Part shown: positions 1 through 8,245 of the stretch, piece after piece
How positions within the stretch are numbered: position 1 is the first letter of the stretch
Layout: each line of letters opens with the position of its first letter
NCBI GenBank assembly: GCA_934613415.1
Contig: CAKTSY010000001.1
Coordinates: 510,001 to 542,000, forward strand
DNA length: 32,000 bases
Direction: 5' to 3'
Origin: an uncultured Opitutales bacterium
Lineage (GTDB): Bacteria > Verrucomicrobiota > Verrucomicrobiia > Opitutales > Intestinicryptomonadaceae
Made by a program: the position numbers and the translations under genes
The notes under the pieces: model-generated
Databases searched by the model: none
What the model was told of the DNA's origin: nothing
What the model saw: only the letters and a program-made list of their open reading frames with translations

Positions 1-1978
1 GGGCTATTGCCGATAAAAAGTTTTTGCCGTAGGGCTTGTTTAAAATTCTGGAATCTAAAACAACGGCAACGCCCTTGTTGCTTTCCGAGCGTATTAGCCT
101 GCCAAAGCCCTGCCTAAATTTCATTACGGCCTCGGGCAACGAAAGTTTTTGAAAGGGGTTTTCGCCCAGGCTTTCAAGCATTTCGTATTTTGCGGCAGCC
201 AGCGGGTGGTCGGGGTTAACAAAGGGCAGCTTAGTTATTACAAGCAAATTAAGGGCATTGCCTGCAATGTCTACGCCCGTCCAAAAAGCGTCGGTGCCAA
301 GCAGCACTGCGTTTGACGAATTTTTAAAGTTTTGCAACGCCTCTTTAGGCGACATTTCGCCCTGCGCAAATATTGCCCTTTTCGGGAATTTTTCCCTTAA
401 AATTTTAAGCGTTTTGTTAAGCTCGTAATAGCTTGTAAACAAAACAAGCGTGCCCCCGTATTTGTTCGCCGAAATCAAACGCCCAATGCTGTCCGCCAAA
501 AATTCAGCGTCCATCTTTTTGTCGTCGCCCATATTCGGGGCGTCTTTACACAATAAAAGCCTGCAGTTTTTTTGGTAGTTAAAGGGCGACTTTTCTATTC
601 CCTGTTGGGCAATTTCGCCGCCGACAGAATCGGCAAAGTCGTTTAAGTCTTGCCCGTTAAGCGAAAGCGTTGCCGATGTCATTACAACGCTTGTTCCCTT
701 TGCAAAAAGCCTTTGCCTTAAAAGGCTCGCCACGCTTAAGGGTGCCGAACAAATTTTTGTGTAGTCTTTGTTCTTGCCCGAAGTTTCAAGCCAATAAACC
801 TGCTTTGGCGTGCTTAAATAAAGGGCGTCTTCTAGCGACAATGCTATAGAAAATATCCTTTTTGCGCAGTCGTCTATATCGGCTTTTTGCGACTCGCTTG
901 TTGCTTTCGACGCCAAAGAATCCAGCCTTTGTTTTAGCGATTTTAAATCTTCGCAAATATTCGAATTTAGCCACTCTTCGGCGGCAAGCCTTGCAATGTC
1001 TTTGCCCGTAAGGTACATAGCCGAAGCCTGCGCAAAAAATTCGGACACAGTCGAAATGCACTGCAAAACCGAGTCTATATCGTATTGCGTTGCATACTTT
1101 ATTTTTTTAAGCAGTCCTTTTTTGGTGCGCGGGTTGTAGATTCTTTTAAGTTCGCGCAAAATGCCGTAGTCGCTAAGTTCCATTCCGAAAATTTCCTCGG
1201 CAACCTTTGCAACCAAATGGGCTTCGTCGAAAACAAAAAAATCGTCGGCGGTAAGTATGCCCTTTGTGGAATTGTCGGCCGACTGGGCCGACGCCATAAG
1301 CGAAAACACAAGGCTGTGGTTTAGAATAACAACATCGGCTTTGTCGAACAGCTTTTTTGCGTTTTGATAGAAACAGTCGCAGCACTTGTTTGGCGTACAC
1401 AAACCGCTTTCGGCATTAACCCAGCTCCATACCTCCTCGTCGGGCGGGGGAACAAGCTCGTCTCTTAAGCCCGTTTTGGTTTTCAATGCCCAGCTTGCAA
1501 TGCGCTCTAGCTCAGATATTTCGCTTTGCATAAACAAGTCGCCCTTTTCTGCCAATGCCTTTTTTAGACGCGTAGAGCACAAATAGTTGCGCCTACCGTA
1601 AAGCACGGTGTACTTAAAGTCGGCGTATTCCGCCAACTCGGGGGTTTGGGCAAAAAACTTTTCTATAAATGGCAGGTCTTTTTTTACAATCTGCTCTTGC
1701 AACGCCATTGTGTGGGTAGAAACATAAAGCTTGCGGCCGTGCTTTTTTGCAAAAATTACGGCGTTTATCAAATACGCAAGCGTTTTGCCCACGCCCGTGC
1801 CCGCCTCGAACAAAAGGGGCGAATCGCTTTCAAAGCTTTGGGCGCAAAAATACGCCATATTCTCCTGCTGGCTGCGGTGGCACATAAAAGCCTCCTTTTC
1901 CAGCAGGCCCCCTTTGCAAAAAATGGATTCGCTCGTAGTGGGCAAATCCATTCTTTCCGATTGGCTCGGAGCTATCAT
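1..1978 (-). CDS. dinG: ATP-dependent DNA helicase, DinG/XPD family (C-terminus lies beyond the left window edge)
   Basis: Absent from the ORF track because no stop lies in the window. My minus-strand translation from the ATG at 1978 stays open to position 2. It shows Walker A 'EAGTGVGKT', DEAH box 'FVFDEAHLV', the Fe-S Cys cluster 'YLCSTR...CTPNKCCDCFY', then 'MTSATLS', 'FWTGVDI' and 'FRQGFGRLIRS'. Confidence 0.85.
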   Translation of the reverse strand, partial: MIAPSQSERMDLPTTSESIFCKGGLLEKEAFMCHRSQQENMAYFCAQSFESDSPLLFEAGTGVGKTLAYLINAVIFAKKHGRKLYVSTHTMALQEQIVKKDLPFIEKFFAQTPELAEYADFKYTVLYGRRNYLCSTRLKKALAEKGDLFMQSEISELERIASWALKTKTGLRDELVPPPDEEVWSWVNAESGLCTPNKCCDCFYQNAKKLFDKADVVILNHSLVFSLMASAQSADNSTKGILTADDFFVFDEAHLVAKVAEEIFGMELSDYGILRELKRIYNPRTKKGLLKKIKYATQYDIDSVLQCISTVSEFFAQASAMYLTGKDIARLAAEEWLNSNICEDLKSLKQRLDSLASKATSESQKADIDDCAKRIFSIALSLEDALYLSTPKQVYWLETSGKNKDYTKICSAPLSVASLLRQRLFAKGTSVVMTSATLSLNGQDLNDFADSVGGEIAQQGIEKSPFNYQKNCRLLLCKDAPNMGDDKKMDAEFLADSIGRLISANKYGGTLVLFTSYYELNKTLKILREKFPKRAIFAQGEMSPKEALQNFKNSSNAVLLGTDAFWTGVDIAGNALNLLVITKLPFVNPDHPLAAAKYEMLESLGENPFQKLSLPEAVMKFRQGFGRLIRSESNKGVAVVLDSRILNKPYGKNFLSAIA

Positions 1979-1990
1979 AGCGTTTTTATA

Positions 1991-3013
1991 TTATTCGCCT
2001 TTTCTGAAAGCGAAGAAGTTTTTAGCCGCCCTAATCAAGCCGCCAAAGCTGCCGAAAGTATCGCAAACCGCGCTTGGCTCGTAGCCGCAGTGCAACATAC
2101 AATCTTTGCATTCCTTTTGAGTGCCATTTACACCCAAAGAATAACCCTCTATGGCGTCCATCAATTCCTTATAGGTTTTGCAATAGCCGTCGTTTATAAG
2201 GTAGCAGGGTTTTTGCCAACCAAATATAGAGTAGCACGGGTTGCCCCACGGAGTGCAGTCGTAAACCTGTTTGCCCTTCAGGAATTGCAAAAAGCTGGGA
2301 GAATGGTTGAACACCCATTTCTTCGAGGGCTTCGACAAAATTTCGTTAAAGAGCTTAATTGTTTTGTTTCTTTCCAAAAACTGGTCTTGATTTGGAGCCT
2401 TTTCGTAGGGGAAACCGGGAGAAATCATCATACCTTCAACGCCCAAATCGGTCATATCGTCGAAAAAGCGGCGAACGTCGTTGGGGTTTGCGTTGTTGAA
2501 AATAGTAGTGTTAGTTGTAACCCTAAAACCGCGCTTTAAGGCTTCCTTTATGCCTTCAACTGCAATGTCGTAGGCGCCGGGTTTGTTTACGTTGCCGTCG
2601 TGCATTTCCTTTGTGCCGTCTAGGTGAACGCTAAACGAAAGGTATTTGCTGGGCTTATACAAATCTATTTTGCGGAGCAAAATTTGCGCGTTTGTGCACA
2701 AATACACATATTTGCCGCGCTTTATAAAGCCCTCTACCATGCGGGGCATTTCGTCGTGCAAAAGGGGCTCGCCGCCCGCAATGCTAACCATGGGCGCTCC
2801 GCATTCTTCTACCGCAGCCCAAGCTTCTTCGGGTGTCATTCTCTTTTTAAGAACGTCTACCCCGTATTGTATTTTACCGCAGCCCGAGCACTTTAAATTG
2901 CACTGGAAAAGCGGCTCTATCATCATTACCAAGGGGTACTTTTTTTTGCCCTTAATAGCGTTTGATATTGCGTATTTTGCTACCGTTAAAACTTGAGATA
3001 TTGGAACTGCCAT
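1991..3013 (-). CDS. hpnH: Radical SAM protein of the HpnH type (adenosyl-hopene transferase family)
   Basis: 340-aa ORF. Radical SAM motif 'CNLKCSGCGK', then 'GAPMVSIAGGEPLLH', 'VYLCTNA' and 'HLDG'. The Cys-rich C-terminal extension 'TPWGNPCYSIFGWQKPCYL...CKDCMLHCGYE' is typical of HpnH as I recall the family. Confidence 0.75.
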   Translation of the reverse strand: MAVPISQVLTVAKYAISNAIKGKKKYPLVMMIEPLFQCNLKCSGCGKIQYGVDVLKKRMTPEEAWAAVEECGAPMVSIAGGEPLLHDEMPRMVEGFIKRGKYVYLCTNAQILLRKIDLYKPSKYLSFSVHLDGTKEMHDGNVNKPGAYDIAVEGIKEALKRGFRVTTNTTIFNNANPNDVRRFFDDMTDLGVEGMMISPGFPYEKAPNQDQFLERNKTIKLFNEILSKPSKKWVFNHSPSFLQFLKGKQVYDCTPWGNPCYSIFGWQKPCYLINDGYCKTYKELMDAIEGYSLGVNGTQKECKDCMLHCGYEPSAVCDTFGSFGGLIRAAKNFFAFRKGE

Positions 3014-3111
3014 ATTGCGCTAATATCCAATATATTTATTTTATTTTTTCAACACTATTTTTCAAGGCGGCAAAAAGGCTGAGGTTAAAAATCCCCTGCA
3101 AATTCGACAAA

Positions 3112-3732
3112 TTAAAGCATCAAATCGCCCAAATCGGCGGGCGAAAGCTCTTTTAATTCGCCGCTTTTTTTGTCGGCTGGCAAAGCCGCATTGTCTTTGC
3201 GCGATATTTCGGAATACGACTCTATGTAAACTCCGCCCCTTTTTGTGGTATATGGGTGTACCCCATAGCTTTTTACAACAACATAGCCGTCTTTTTTCGA
3301 GAATGTGTCTTCGGTAAATTCCAGCATAAATATTTTTTGCGGCCTATACCACAAAACCTTGTTGAACGAAATTTGCCCGACATATTCCATTGCTTTGCCT
3401 GAGTTGCCCGAATTTACCCTTAGCGTAAGCTGCCCGTTTTTTACCTCCATTACCGAGCTTACCTTTACGGGCATTCCCTTGCTGCTTACAACGCCGCTGC
3501 CTACCAAAGTTTTTTTGTCTTTGCGCACATAGGTATTTTCGGTATCGAAATTTATAAATGGCTTTTGCATAATGCACAAAGTTTCGTGACCAAGCCATTT
3601 ACCCTCGTATGCCGACAACACGCTATACGGGTTTGCAAACGCAAAATCGAACTTAAAGGGCGAATCGGCAAAAACACCCGCCGCAAATGTTGCAAACAGC
3701 GCAAACAACGCAATCTTAAAAAAACCGCCCAT
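3112..3732 (-). CDS. Exported hypothetical protein (signal peptide, beta-rich, lipocalin-like by eye)
   Basis: 206-aa ORF, co-directional and 6 nt downstream of the preceding gene. The N-terminus 'MGGFFKIALFALFATFAAGVFA' looks like a signal peptide. I recognise no family motif. Confidence 0.6.
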   Translation of the reverse strand: MGGFFKIALFALFATFAAGVFADSPFKFDFAFANPYSVLSAYEGKWLGHETLCIMQKPFINFDTENTYVRKDKKTLVGSGVVSSKGMPVKVSSVMEVKNGQLTLRVNSGNSGKAMEYVGQISFNKVLWYRPQKIFMLEFTEDTFSKKDGYVVVKSYGVHPYTTKRGGVYIESYSEISRKDNAALPADKKSGELKELSPADLGDLML

Positions 3733-3738
3733 AAAAAA

Positions 3739-4203
3739 CTAAATGTCTATGGCGTCGTCGTCTTTGCCGCGCCTTTTTTTATTATTCCGCAAAGTGCGTT
3801 CCGACTCGAACATTGCAACCAGCCAAAAAACGGCGTCGGTTATAAAAGCCGCCAGCAACGCCCAAAAGTACGAAGTAAATTTTATGCCCGGTATAACGCC
3901 CGCCGCTATCCATATAACAAGCGCATTTATAAAAAGCATACCCACCCCGAAAGTAAGAACTATAAAAGGCAGTGTAAACACAACCAGCACGGGGCGTATT
4001 ATAAAGTTAAAAAGCCATACGGCAACAACCAAAGCCGCATACGAAAATATGTTTGCAAAACTAACCGCCCCGCCCGAAATGTAGCTTGCCGCCAAAATGC
4101 CGAAGCCTATAATGGCGCAGTTTTTCCAAAAATGCAGTTCTATGCGCCTTGTTATTACAAAACGGGTAAAATCGTCTTTAGGGTCTTGCATATCATTTCT
4201 CAT
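3739..4203 (-). CDS. Membrane protein, PF04020 ('phage holin 4_2'/YvlD-like) family
   Basis: 154-aa ORF with about four hydrophobic helices. The segment 'FNFIIRPVLVVFTLPFIVLTFGVGMLFINALVIWIAAGVIPGIKFTSYFWALL' matches the family signature. The start overlaps the rarA stop by 11 nt. An alternative ATG lies at 4191. Confidence 0.65.
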   Translation of the reverse strand: MRNDMQDPKDDFTRFVITRRIELHFWKNCAIIGFGILAASYISGGAVSFANIFSYAALVVAVWLFNFIIRPVLVVFTLPFIVLTFGVGMLFINALVIWIAAGVIPGIKFTSYFWALLAAFITDAVFWLVAMFESERTLRNNKKRRGKDDDAIDI

Positions 4204-5536
4204 TGCGCAAATTCTCCTTTATTTTTTTGTAGTTGTCAAGCCGTTCGGCAATCTGCCTTTCGGCGCCGTAGGGCTTAGGGTTGTAAAAATGCACAGGCTT
4301 TTCGGTGTAGTCTTGCCCGCTAATGTGGTTTGGGCATATGTGCGGGTAAATATACTCGGCACCGTTGCCCAAATTACGGTTAAACGCCGTGTGCGAATCT
4401 CTTAAATATACAGGCACTTTTTGCAGAGGATTGTTTTGCACCTCTTCTTTTGCGGCAAAAATCGCCTCTGTTGCACTGTTGCTTTTGGGGGCGGTTGCCA
4501 AAAAGATAACAACGTGCGCCAAGTTAAGCTCGCATTCGGGCAGCCCCACCCTTTCGCAGGCGTCGAAAGCGGCATTTGCAAGCAAAAGCGCGCGAGAGTC
4601 TGCCAAGCCTACATCTTCTGAGGCAAAAATCACCATTCTTCTGGCAATAAAGCGCGGGTCTTCGCCGCCCTTTAGCATTTTTGCCAGCCAATACAAAGCG
4701 GCGTCTGGGTCGCTGCCGCGCATGCTTTTTATGAACGCGCTAATTGTGTCGTAGTGCTCGTCTTCGTCGGCGTCGTAGCGTATTTGGCGTTCCTTTGCAA
4801 ATGCCTTAATGTCGTTTTCGTCTATGGTTTTGTTTGCGCCCTTTGCCAATACAATGGTTTCAAGCGCGTTTAAAGCGCGCCTTAAATCGCCGTCGCATAT
4901 ATTTGCAAGCGATGTCATTGCCCCTTTTGCAAAAGTGCAATTATAGTTGCCCAAGCCCCTTTCGGTGTCGTTTAACGCCCTGTTTAAAACCAAAACAACG
5001 TCGCTTACCGAAAGCGGTTCAAGCTTAAAAAGGTGGCTGCGCGAAAGCAGCGGCGCGTTTATAAAAAAGCCGGGGTTGTGGGTTGTAGCCCCTATAAGCC
5101 TTATATTGCCGTCTTCAACATCTGGCAAAAGAAGGTCTTGCTGCGATTTGTTAAAACGGTGTATTTCGTCTATAAACAAAATGGTTTTTTCGGAGCTGTG
5201 CAGCCTTGCCATCTTAAGCTCGTCCCTAAGCTGGGCTACGTTCGAAAGCACGGCGTTTATCTTTACAAACCTGCTTTTTGTAGTTTGGGCAATAACGTTG
5301 GCAAGGGTTGTTTTTCCGCAACCAGGGGGGCCGTAGAATATTATCGAGCCGAATGTGTCGCTTTTAATAAGCCTAGGCAAAAGGCAGTCGTCGCCCAAAA
5401 TGTTTTTATGGCCTGCAACCTCCGACAAATTGCGCGGGCGCATTCTTACCGCAAGGGGCGCATTTTGCAATACGGGGCGCTCTTTGCTTGGGGTATTTTC
5501 GCCAAAGTCGAATACGCTGTTTATAGGGCTATCCAT
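4193..5536 (-). CDS. rarA: Replication-associated recombination protein A (AAA+ ATPase RarA/MgsA)
   Basis: 447 aa. Walker A 'GPPGCGKTTLA', Walker B 'ILFIDEIHRFNK', 'GATTHNP', and the MgsA C-terminal domain 'YDTISAFIKSMRGSDPDAALYWLAKML..GEDPRFIARR'. Confidence 0.92.
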   Translation of the reverse strand: MDSPINSVFDFGENTPSKERPVLQNAPLAVRMRPRNLSEVAGHKNILGDDCLLPRLIKSDTFGSIIFYGPPGCGKTTLANVIAQTTKSRFVKINAVLSNVAQLRDELKMARLHSSEKTILFIDEIHRFNKSQQDLLLPDVEDGNIRLIGATTHNPGFFINAPLLSRSHLFKLEPLSVSDVVLVLNRALNDTERGLGNYNCTFAKGAMTSLANICDGDLRRALNALETIVLAKGANKTIDENDIKAFAKERQIRYDADEDEHYDTISAFIKSMRGSDPDAALYWLAKMLKGGEDPRFIARRMVIFASEDVGLADSRALLLANAAFDACERVGLPECELNLAHVVIFLATAPKSNSATEAIFAAKEEVQNNPLQKVPVYLRDSHTAFNRNLGNGAEYIYPHICPNHISGQDYTEKPVHFYNPKPYGAERQIAERLDNYKKIKENLRNEK

Positions 5537-5608
5537 AAAACTAAAAATTTTTAGATACTAAAGCAAATCTTGAAAGTTTTGTCAAATAGTGCATTATCTT
5601 TTGGCAAT

Positions 5609-6394
5609 ATGACGGGATTATGCACAGCTTTAACCGTTGCAGGCAGCGATTCGGGCGGCGGCGCGGGCATTCAGGCCGATATGCTTACGTTTGCAGCAAA
5701 CGGCGTTTTTGCCACTTCGGCAATTGCGGCATTAACGGCGCAAAATCCCGACAAGGTTTGCGGCGTCTTCAATGTATCGGCACAATTTTTAAAAGAGCAA
5801 CTAAACGCCGTTGCAAAGTTCTTTGCGCCAAAGGCGATGAAATGCGGAATGCTGTTCGATGAGGGCTGCATAAACGCCCTTGCAGACTTTGCCGAAGAGC
5901 ACCCCCATATTAGATTTGTCGCCGACACTGTAATGATTTCTACAAGCGGGGCAAAGCTTTTAAGCGACAATGCAATAGACGTATTAAAAACGCGCCTTTT
6001 GCCGCTTGCCGAAGTTATAACCCCGAATTTAGACGAAGCGCAATTTTTGCTTGGTAAGCCCATATGCGATATATTCGAGGCCGCAAAAGAGCTTTCTGAT
6101 ATTGTAAACACGGCGGTATTGTTAAAAGGCGGGCATTTAAAAGGCGGCGTTTTAACCGACGTGCTTTGCACAAAAAACAAAGAAATATTTTCGTGGCAAA
6201 CAAGCCGCATATTAGACATAAACACCCACGGCAGCGGCTGCACGCTAAGCGCGGCAATTTGCGCAAACTTTGCAAAAGGCAAATCCCTTAAAGATTCGGT
6301 AGAAAATGCTCGCAAATACCTGCTAAGCGGAATGCAAAACCCCGTTTTAGTTGCAGGCGAAAAATTTATAAACCACTTTCCCGACAAAAAATGA
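5609..6394 (+). CDS. thiD: Hydroxymethylpyrimidine/phosphomethylpyrimidine kinase
   Basis: Contains 'ALTVAGSDSGGGAGIQADMLTF', 'LLKGGHL' and 'THGSGCTLSAAI'. The ORF track starts at a TTG (5570). I prefer the ATG at 5609 because it leaves 72 nt for the promoters shared divergently with rarA. Confidence 0.85.
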   Translation: MTGLCTALTVAGSDSGGGAGIQADMLTFAANGVFATSAIAALTAQNPDKVCGVFNVSAQFLKEQLNAVAKFFAPKAMKCGMLFDEGCINALADFAEEHPHIRFVADTVMISTSGAKLLSDNAIDVLKTRLLPLAEVITPNLDEAQFLLGKPICDIFEAAKELSDIVNTAVLLKGGHLKGGVLTDVLCTKNKEIFSWQTSRILDINTHGSGCTLSAAICANFAKGKSLKDSVENARKYLLSGMQNPVLVAGEKFINHFPDKK

Positions 6395-7167
6395 AAAGCC
6401 AGCCATTTGATATGGAAAACACCGCAAGCGGGCACAGGCAACGCCTGCGCGAACGCCTTTTAAGCGGCAAGCTAAACGACATTGCCGACTACGAGTGTAT
6501 GGAGCTTTTCCTTATGCTGTGCATACCGCGCATAGATGTAAAGCCTCTTGCAAAGGCCCTGATAAACCGTTTCGGCTCGGTTGGCGGCGTACTATACGCA
6601 AGCGACAACGACCTTCTTGAAATAAAAGGCTTTGGGCCTAACGCGCTTTGTTCCGTAAAGATTTTGCGCCTTTGCATAGAGGCCGCAAACAAGCAAAGCC
6701 TTACGGGCGAAAACGGACAGCCCGCCACAATAGATTCGCTTATAAAATATTTTAAAAGCAGAATTTGCCAGTATCCGTTCGAAGTTTTCGAAATCGTTTG
6801 CCTAAACTCGCAACTTGAAATGCTAGGCACAGGCGCAATAAGGATTTCTACAGGGTCGGCTTCGGCAGCTTCGGTAGACGCGCGAAAGATTGTAGAGCAC
6901 GCAATAAGGCTTTCGGCTTCCAGCATAGTTTTGGCACACAACCACCCAAGCGGCAACTGCACGCCGTCGGAAAACGACATATACCTTACCGAAACACTTG
7001 CGCAAACCTGCCGAACCATTAACGTAGACTTAATAGAGCACATTATTGTCGGCAAAAGCGACTGCTTTTCGTTCAGGCGCGGCGGGCTTATGGACAAATT
7101 GTACGATTCGTCTTTGCCCGAGTACCAATCGTCAAACGTGGCATCTAAAAAACTTACACTGCAATGA
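6391..7167 (+). CDS. radC: RadC-family JAB/MPN domain protein (UPF0758)
   Basis: The N-terminus 'HRQRLRERLL' with a helix-hairpin-helix-like 'LLEIKGFG', and the JAMM motif 'LAHNHPSGNCTPSENDIYLT'. The ATG overlaps the thiD stop (ATGA). Confidence 0.85.
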   Translation: MKSQPFDMENTASGHRQRLRERLLSGKLNDIADYECMELFLMLCIPRIDVKPLAKALINRFGSVGGVLYASDNDLLEIKGFGPNALCSVKILRLCIEAANKQSLTGENGQPATIDSLIKYFKSRICQYPFEVFEIVCLNSQLEMLGTGAIRISTGSASAASVDARKIVEHAIRLSASSIVLAHNHPSGNCTPSENDIYLTETLAQTCRTINVDLIEHIIVGKSDCFSFRRGGLMDKLYDSSLPEYQSSNVASKKLTLQ

Positions 7168-8219
7168 GCTTTTTGAAAAACGAAATAATTTTGGCTGTGG
7201 AATCTTCGTGCGACGAATCGGCGTTGGCTATATTCGATTCGCAAAAAGGTTTTGTAAGCGAAATAATACACTCGCAAATAGATTTGCACGCTCTTTACGG
7301 CGGCGTTGTTCCCGACTTGGCAAGCACCGAACACCTAAAAAAACTGCCCTTTTTGTGCCAAAAAGTAGCCCGCGAATTCGACATAAACCGTGTAGACAAA
7401 ATTGCGGTTACCTACGGGCCAGGACTGCCGAACTGTTTGGCTATGGGCGTGTGCGCTGCAAGCGCACTGGCGTTGTATTTCAACAAACCCCTTTTTGGCG
7501 TAAACCACCTAAGGGGCCATTGCCATTCGCCCTTTATTGCGCTTCACGAAAGCGACCCTGCAAATTTCGAAAAAAACTTTACAGATTTGCTGCCAAACCT
7601 TTCGCTTATAGTTTCGGGCGGCAACACAATTCTTGTAGAGATAGGCACCGACCGCCAAATTAAAATTCTTGCCGAAACTTTAGACGACGCCGCAGGCGAA
7701 GCCCTAGACAAAGGCGCAAAACTTTTGGGAATGCCGTATCCGGGCGGGCCTTTGCTTGAAAAAAACGCCCTTAAAGGCAACCCGAAAAAATATATATTCC
7801 CCACCGCAATGGGGCACAAGGGCGAAATTTCGTTCAGCTTTTCGGGGCTAAAAACAAGCTTAAGATATTTTCTCGAAAAGCTTAGCCCAGAGCAAATAAA
7901 AGAAAACTACGCCGACATTTGCGCCTCTTACCAGCGCGCGGTTGTAGAACAGCTAAAGCGCAAAACGCTTATATTTGCAAAGCAAAAGCCCTACAAAAGC
8001 ATAGGCATAAGCGGCGGGGTTTCGAACAACTCGCTTTTAAGAAACGAATTCGAAAAAATGGCAAAACGCCTTGGCTGCAAATTCTTTTCGGCAAAAAAAG
8101 AGCACAGGGGCGACAACGCCTCGATGATAGCCTTTGCCGCCTGGCTAGACGAAGCCAACACAATTTGCCCCGAAGGCTCTATGCCGGTTAAGCCTTCGCT
8201 TGAGCTTTGCGATAGATAA
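7164..8219 (+). CDS. tsaD: tRNA N6-adenosine threonylcarbamoyltransferase
   Basis: Contains 'ILAVESSCDESALAIF', 'VNHLRGH', 'LIVSGGNT', 'DDAAGEALDKGAKLLG..YPGGP' and 'GISGGVSNN'. The ATG overlaps the radC stop (ATGA). Confidence 0.92.
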   Translation: MSFLKNEIILAVESSCDESALAIFDSQKGFVSEIIHSQIDLHALYGGVVPDLASTEHLKKLPFLCQKVAREFDINRVDKIAVTYGPGLPNCLAMGVCAASALALYFNKPLFGVNHLRGHCHSPFIALHESDPANFEKNFTDLLPNLSLIVSGGNTILVEIGTDRQIKILAETLDDAAGEALDKGAKLLGMPYPGGPLLEKNALKGNPKKYIFPTAMGHKGEISFSFSGLKTSLRYFLEKLSPEQIKENYADICASYQRAVVEQLKRKTLIFAKQKPYKSIGISGGVSNNSLLRNEFEKMAKRLGCKFFSAKKEHRGDNASMIAFAAWLDEANTICPEGSMPVKPSLELCDR

Positions 8220-8245
8220 AAATTTCGGGCTATAAAAGAAAAATT

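Noticed and set aside
1646-2539. 297-aa plus-strand ORF overlapping dinG and hpnH. Similar long antisense ORFs lie at 5671-6441, 6489-7334, 9138-9665, 12240-12752, 15261-15806, 27447-27959 and 28512-29039.
   Set aside because: All lie wholly antisense to genes with strong family motifs. Their translations are low-complexity (rich in Phe, Lys, Arg, Ala and Cys) and carry no recognisable motifs. They have no plausible ribosome-binding sites. They look like stop-poor antisense frames produced by the codon bias of the true genes.
5537-5608. Possible TPP riboswitch upstream of thiD.
   Set aside because: Only 72 nt are available, shared with the divergent rarA promoter. The conserved CUGAGA core and pyrimidine-sensor helices are absent.
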